Positions 60,055 through 64,000 of a stretch of DNA of 64,000 nucleotides are shown in pieces. The position numbers were made by a program, and so were the translations under genes. The first letter of the stretch is position 1. The number at the start of each line of letters is the position of its first letter. Location of the stretch: positions 1,344,001-1,408,000 of the forward strand of contig OZ245817.1 in assembly GCA_965228475.1 (NCBI GenBank). The letters are read 5' to 3'. The notes beneath the pieces were generated by a model, which did no database searches, was not told the origin of the DNA, and worked only from the letters and a program-made list of their open reading frames with translations. Source of the DNA: Myxococcota bacterium. Its GTDB lineage: Bacteria; Myxococcota_A; UBA9160; JAFDDA01.

Positions 60055-60178
60055 GGTGGCCGGAGCCCGAGCGGGCTTTCGGCTCATGGCTCGCCCTGTC
60101 GAACATCCGAATCGTTTGCGATATCCGAGTGCGGGCTGCGCTTTACTTCGCCGAAAGCCCCCTCGGGCTCCGGCCACC
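60055..60178 (+). repeat. Structured dispersed repeat, copy 3
   Basis: Core 60083-60149 inside a 28-bp inverted repeat with one mismatch. Confidence 0.9.
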
Positions 60179-60180
60179 TT

Positions 60181-61017
60181 CTAGCCGGCTCGGGAGCCGG
60201 CTTCGTCGAAGGCTTGGGCCATCACGTCGATTGGTGCCGGCCTTTTGGCGAAGAGGGTGAGCTGTTCGGCTCCCTGGTAGATCAGCATCCATTTTCCGGA
60301 GAGGGTTCTCGCGCCGTGGGCTTCGGCTTCGCGGAGGAGGCGGGTGCGTTCGGGTTGGTAGACGGCGTCCATGACCAGGGCGCCGGGGGGGACGGCGCTT
60401 CCGGGGACGGGGGTTTCGTCGCTGCCGAGGCCGACGCTGGTGGTGTTGACGAGGAGTTCGGGGGCGAGGTCCGGGAGATCCGCGAGGCTTCCCGAGGCGC
60501 CGGCGCCGAGGGCGCGGACGATGGCCTCGGCCTTGGCGACGGTGCGGTTCAGCACCGTGACCCGGGCGCCGCGCTCGAGCAGGCCGAAGGCGACGGCCCG
60601 GGCGGTTCCGCCGCCGCCGAGGACCACGCAGCGCGCGCCTTCGAGCTCCATCTCCCCTTGCTCTTCCAGGGCCCGCACCGCGCCGAGCCAGTCCGTGTTG
60701 CAGGCTTCCAGCCGGTCGCCCCGGCGCGTGACGGTGTTGATGGCGCCGATGCGCTCCGCCGTCCCGTCGATCGCGTCCACGAAGGCGCCGATGGTCTCCT
60801 TGTGCGGGATCGAGACGGCGAGCTGGGCGACGCGGTGCTCGCGCGCCGAAGCCATGAAGCGCGCGAGCCCCTCCGGCTCGACGTCGAAGACGGCGTAGTC
60901 GGCGGCGATGCCGAGGGCGCGGTAGGCGGCGCCGTGCATCGCCGGCGAGCGCGTGTGGCCGGCCGGGTGCAGGACGATCCCGCAGCGCGCGGTTCCTTTC
61001 GGGAGGTCAGGGAACAA
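60181..61017 (-). CDS. aroE: Shikimate dehydrogenase
   Basis: HTRSPAMH, SIPHK, GAINT, NTD, GGGGTARA, NRT, DAVY, MLIYQG. Confidence 0.9.
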   Translation of the reverse strand: MFPDLPKGTARCGIVLHPAGHTRSPAMHGAAYRALGIAADYAVFDVEPEGLARFMASAREHRVAQLAVSIPHKETIGAFVDAIDGTAERIGAINTVTRRGDRLEACNTDWLGAVRALEEQGEMELEGARCVVLGGGGTARAVAFGLLERGARVTVLNRTVAKAEAIVRALGAGASGSLADLPDLAPELLVNTTSVGLGSDETPVPGSAVPPGALVMDAVYQPERTRLLREAEAHGARTLSGKWMLIYQGAEQLTLFAKRPAPIDVMAQAFDEAGSRAG

Positions 61018-62005
61018 TCAGGACCTTGGCTTGGGTGCTCGGCTGGGAGAGCGTCTCGAACATGGCGGGCACGGCGTCGAAGTCGATGCGGTCGGTGATC
61101 ATCGGGCTCGGGTCGATCCGGCCCTGGTCGAGCATCGCCACGGTGTATTGGAAGTCCGAGAGTTCGTAGGCGAGGACGAAGTGGACCGTCGCCTCCTTGA
61201 GGATGCCTGCGAGCGGGAAGATCGTGTCCGGGTGATTGCAGACGCCCACGACGACCACGCGCCCGCGGAAGGCGGCCGAGCCGATCGCCTGGCCGATCAG
61301 GCCGGGGACGCCGGTCGCTTCGAACACCACATCGATGCCGTCCGGCGCGTGCTTCTGGCAGGCGGGCAGGACGCCCGAGGGATCGACCGCCGCCGTCGCA
61401 CCGAGCTGCTCGGCCACGGCGCGGCGGCCTTCGCTCTTCTCCGACACCAGGATCGTGCGCACGCCGAGATGCCGGAGCCAGAGCGTCGTGGCGAGCCCGA
61501 CCGGGCCGGCGCCCTGGACGAGGACCGATTCGTTCGGGGCCACCCGGGAGACGTTCACCGCGTGCAGTCCCACCGCGAGGGGCTCGACCAGCGCGCCGAG
61601 TTCCGAGTCGACCCCCGCCGGCAGCTTCACGCAGTTGTGCGGCGAGACGGCGACGTACTCCGCGAGGGCCCCGGGCGCCGGGCCGAGGCCGATGGCCCGG
61701 CTGCCGTTGGTGCAGAAGGCCGAGAGCCCGGTCACGCACTTGGGGCAGGTTCCGCAGGAGAGCGTGGGGATCGCGCAGAAGCGGTCGCCCGCGCGGTGCT
61801 CCCCGCTCGATTCCATCAGCTCGCCGGCGAACTCGTGGCCCATGATCGCCCCGGGCGGCAGCAGGCCGGACTGATAGAGGTGGAGGTCCGAACCGCAGAT
61901 CCCGCAGCCCTGCACGCGCAGGACGAGCTCTCCCGGGCGCGGAGCCGGGTCCGGAGCCTCCTCGACGGTGAGCTGCTTCGGGCCCTTCGAAACGACGGCT
62001 TTCAT
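61007..62005 (-). CDS. Zinc-dependent alcohol/sugar dehydrogenase (MDR family)
   Basis: CGSD, GHE, CGTCPKC...C, EPLAV, GAGPVG. Confidence 0.92.
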   Translation of the reverse strand: MKAVVSKGPKQLTVEEAPDPAPRPGELVLRVQGCGICGSDLHLYQSGLLPPGAIMGHEFAGELMESSGEHRAGDRFCAIPTLSCGTCPKCVTGLSAFCTNGSRAIGLGPAPGALAEYVAVSPHNCVKLPAGVDSELGALVEPLAVGLHAVNVSRVAPNESVLVQGAGPVGLATTLWLRHLGVRTILVSEKSEGRRAVAEQLGATAAVDPSGVLPACQKHAPDGIDVVFEATGVPGLIGQAIGSAAFRGRVVVVGVCNHPDTIFPLAGILKEATVHFVLAYELSDFQYTVAMLDQGRIDPSPMITDRIDFDAVPAMFETLSQPSTQAKVLIVP

Positions 62006-62104
62006 GGCGATCCTTCCCCGTGCGGAGCGGTGCGGAGCGATTCGATTCGCGGCCGCCAGCATATCCGATTGCGCCCTCGGGCCCGCCGCATCGCCCGCAG
62101 CGGC

Positions 62105-62905
62105 CTAGACCTCGCGCGAGCGGGCGAGGGCGGCCTTCAGGTCTTCCCAGACCTTGCGCCGGTTCTCCGGGGTGTACTGCCGGAGCAGGAACGCCGGGTG
62201 GAACGTCGGCATGAGCGGCGTGCCGCGGTAGTCCTGCCAGGTGCCGCGCAGCTTCGTGATGGCGACGTCGCGCCCGAGCAGGGTGCTCGTCGCGGGCTTG
62301 CCCAGCGAGACGATCACCTTCGGGCGGATCGCGGCGATCTGGCCGTCGAGGAAGCCGCGGCAGGTCGCGACCTCGTCGGCCAGGGGCGTGCGGTTCCCGG
62401 GCGGCCGACACTTCACGATGTTGCAGATGTAGACCGAGCTGCGCGGGATCTCGAGGCCCTTCTCGATCATCGACGTCAGGAGCTCGCCCGCCCGCCCGCA
62501 GAAGGGGATGCCGCGCTCGTCTTCGTTCTGGCCCGGGCCTTCGCCGATGAACAGCAGGTCCGCATCCGGGTTGCCGTCGCCGAAGACGATCTGCGTCCGT
62601 CCCTCGTGCAGGCGGCAGCGCGTGCAGTCGCCAATCTCGGCCCGCACGGCCTCGAGGCTCGCGGATCCGCCGCCGCTCGGAGCCGCCGGCGGCGACGGGG
62701 CGGGGGGCGCTTGGGTCGTAGCCTCCGCCCGCGGCTCGGCGGCCGGCGCTGCGGCACGAAGGGGCGGCTCGGCGGTGACTCCGGCGGCGGCCTGCTCCGC
62801 GTCGGTCTCCCAGACCTCGACGCCCTCCTCGGCCCACTCGGCGAGGGTCGCACGCGCGGCGCCGAGGGCGTCTCGCAGCTCCGGGTCCTGGGGGGTGGGC
62901 GGCAT
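62105..62905 (-). CDS. Uracil-DNA glycosylase family 4 (Fe-S)
   Basis: CTRCRL, GEGPG, GIPFCGRAG, NIVKCRPPGNR, TFHPA. Confidence 0.93.
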   Translation of the reverse strand: MPPTPQDPELRDALGAARATLAEWAEEGVEVWETDAEQAAAGVTAEPPLRAAAPAAEPRAEATTQAPPAPSPPAAPSGGGSASLEAVRAEIGDCTRCRLHEGRTQIVFGDGNPDADLLFIGEGPGQNEDERGIPFCGRAGELLTSMIEKGLEIPRSSVYICNIVKCRPPGNRTPLADEVATCRGFLDGQIAAIRPKVIVSLGKPATSTLLGRDVAITKLRGTWQDYRGTPLMPTFHPAFLLRQYTPENRRKVWEDLKAALARSREV

Positions 62906-62919
62906 CGGGCGGAACGCCC

Positions 62920-64000
62920 CTAGCTCGCCGGGGGCGCGAAGGCGCGCTCGAGCATGCCGAGCTGGGCGCTGTCCGGAAGCGCCGGCGCTCGGGAGGCCGA
63001 GGTGTCCTTCGGCTTGCCCGTCCCCGGCTCGATCGTCCCGTGGCGCTGGATCTCGATCTTGTCGAGGACCTCGAACTCGAAGCCCGGGTCGTTCGCGTCG
63101 TCGTGGCAATCGCCGCAGACCTGGAGGATGGCGCAGGAGTCGCACTTGTCGCCGAGGGAGACGATGGTGCCGATCTTCTCCGCGCCCTCCGCCACGTGCT
63201 CGCTGCCCGGGCCGTGGCAGGATTCGCAGCCGACGCGCCCGAGATCCGCATGGGCGGCGAGGGTCGCGCCCTTCGGGAAGCCTCCGGTCTTGCCGAAGCC
63301 CGTCGTGTGGCAGGTGAGGCACTCGGCGTTGCCCGCCTCGCCCTTGGCTTCCAGGGTCTCCCCGGCCTTCGCATGGCCTCCGCTGGCCCAGGTCGCGTAC
63401 TCGGAGGGGTGGCAGCTCTGGCACGCATCCGAACCGACGTAGTCCGCGTCCACCGGCAGGATCGCGGCGCGGCGGGCGCCGAGCTCTTCGATGCGCGCGA
63501 GCTTCTGGTCGAGGGAGAGGCCGAGCACGTCGCGGTTGGCGGCGTGGGAGATCTTCGGGTGGAACGTCGCGAAGTCGAAGCCGAGAGAGTGCTTCTTGTC
63601 GTGGCAGGTCACGCACATCGGTTCGTAGCCGGCCTTCGTGTACTCCGGGGAGAGGTGCGGGCCGCCGCGGCCGTGGCAGGACTCGCAGCCGACGTCCTCG
63701 AAGCGCGCCGAGCCGTGGCCCTCGAAGCTGAAACCGCCCTTTTCCTCGTAGCCGACGACGTGGCAGCCGACGCACTCGGGGTTCCGGGATTCGCCGTGCT
63801 TCACGAGCGTGTCGTAGGCGTAGGCGTGCTTGGTGAACTCCCAGGTCGTGGTCTGCTCCTCGTGGCAGACCGCGCAGAAGTCGTTGCCGCTGTAGCCCGT
63901 GCGGTGGAGCAGCATCGGGACGGGTGCGCCGCCTTCCTTCGCGAGGCGCATCTGCCAGAGCGGCGGGTCGAGCTGGTCGTCCCAGCCCGAGCCGCGGTGC
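62920..64000 (-). CDS. Multiheme cytochrome c (at least 8 CxxCH, two c554-like modules), 5'-partial
   Basis: CAVCH, CVGCH, CESCH, CVTCH, CQSCH, CLTCH, CESCH, CGDCH. Frame is open to the window edge. Confidence 0.9.
   Translation of the reverse strand, partial: HRGSGWDDQLDPPLWQMRLAKEGGAPVPMLLHRTGYSGNDFCAVCHEEQTTTWEFTKHAYAYDTLVKHGESRNPECVGCHVVGYEEKGGFSFEGHGSARFEDVGCESCHGRGGPHLSPEYTKAGYEPMCVTCHDKKHSLGFDFATFHPKISHAANRDVLGLSLDQKLARIEELGARRAAILPVDADYVGSDACQSCHPSEYATWASGGHAKAGETLEAKGEAGNAECLTCHTTGFGKTGGFPKGATLAAHADLGRVGCESCHGPGSEHVAEGAEKIGTIVSLGDKCDSCAILQVCGDCHDDANDPGFEFEVLDKIEIQRHGTIEPGTGKPKDTSASRAPALPDSAQLGMLERAFAPPAS

Overview
A 64-kb window from a high-GC bacterium. The 16S rRNA and gene order suggest a deltaproteobacterial/Myxococcota-like, probably uncultured lineage (inference). 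First half, all on the + strand, is mostly housekeeping: a heterodimeric ABC exporter, smc, ftsY, a GT2/methyltransferase/membrane-protein triad, glpK plus a phosphodiesterase, lrp-gltBD, zapB-zapA-5-formylTHF cyclo-ligase-tyrS, and a complete rrn operon (16S, tRNA-Ile, tRNA-Ala, 23S, 5S). The second half is largely accessory. Main candidates for undescribed biology: (1) a ~11.5-kb cluster (41964-53534) with two Npt/TLC-type nucleotide (ATP/ADP) transporters, two signal-peptide-bearing ATP-dependent phosphotransferases (an atypical kinase and a His-swivel/ATP-grasp dikinase) and two exported class-A-beta-lactamase-fold proteins, suggesting ATP-fuelled periplasmic phosphorylation; (2) a translationally coupled pair (31773-36534) of a TPR-S/SLOG/adenylate cyclase and a TIR-TM-11xTPR receptor, suggesting a nucleotide-signalling conflict system; (3) three copies of a structured intergenic element with invariant blocks around a fixed-length 24-nt variable segment, each inside an unrelated long stem. 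Also noted: a microhomology-deleted arsS pseudogene, no 6S RNA at its usual zapA-ygfA site, probable ATT and CTG start codons, a recurrent leaderless-mRNA promoter signature, and rplX outside the spc operon. No CRISPR array, transposase, integrase or prophage gene was seen. All assignments are by motif recognition; no database searches were run.
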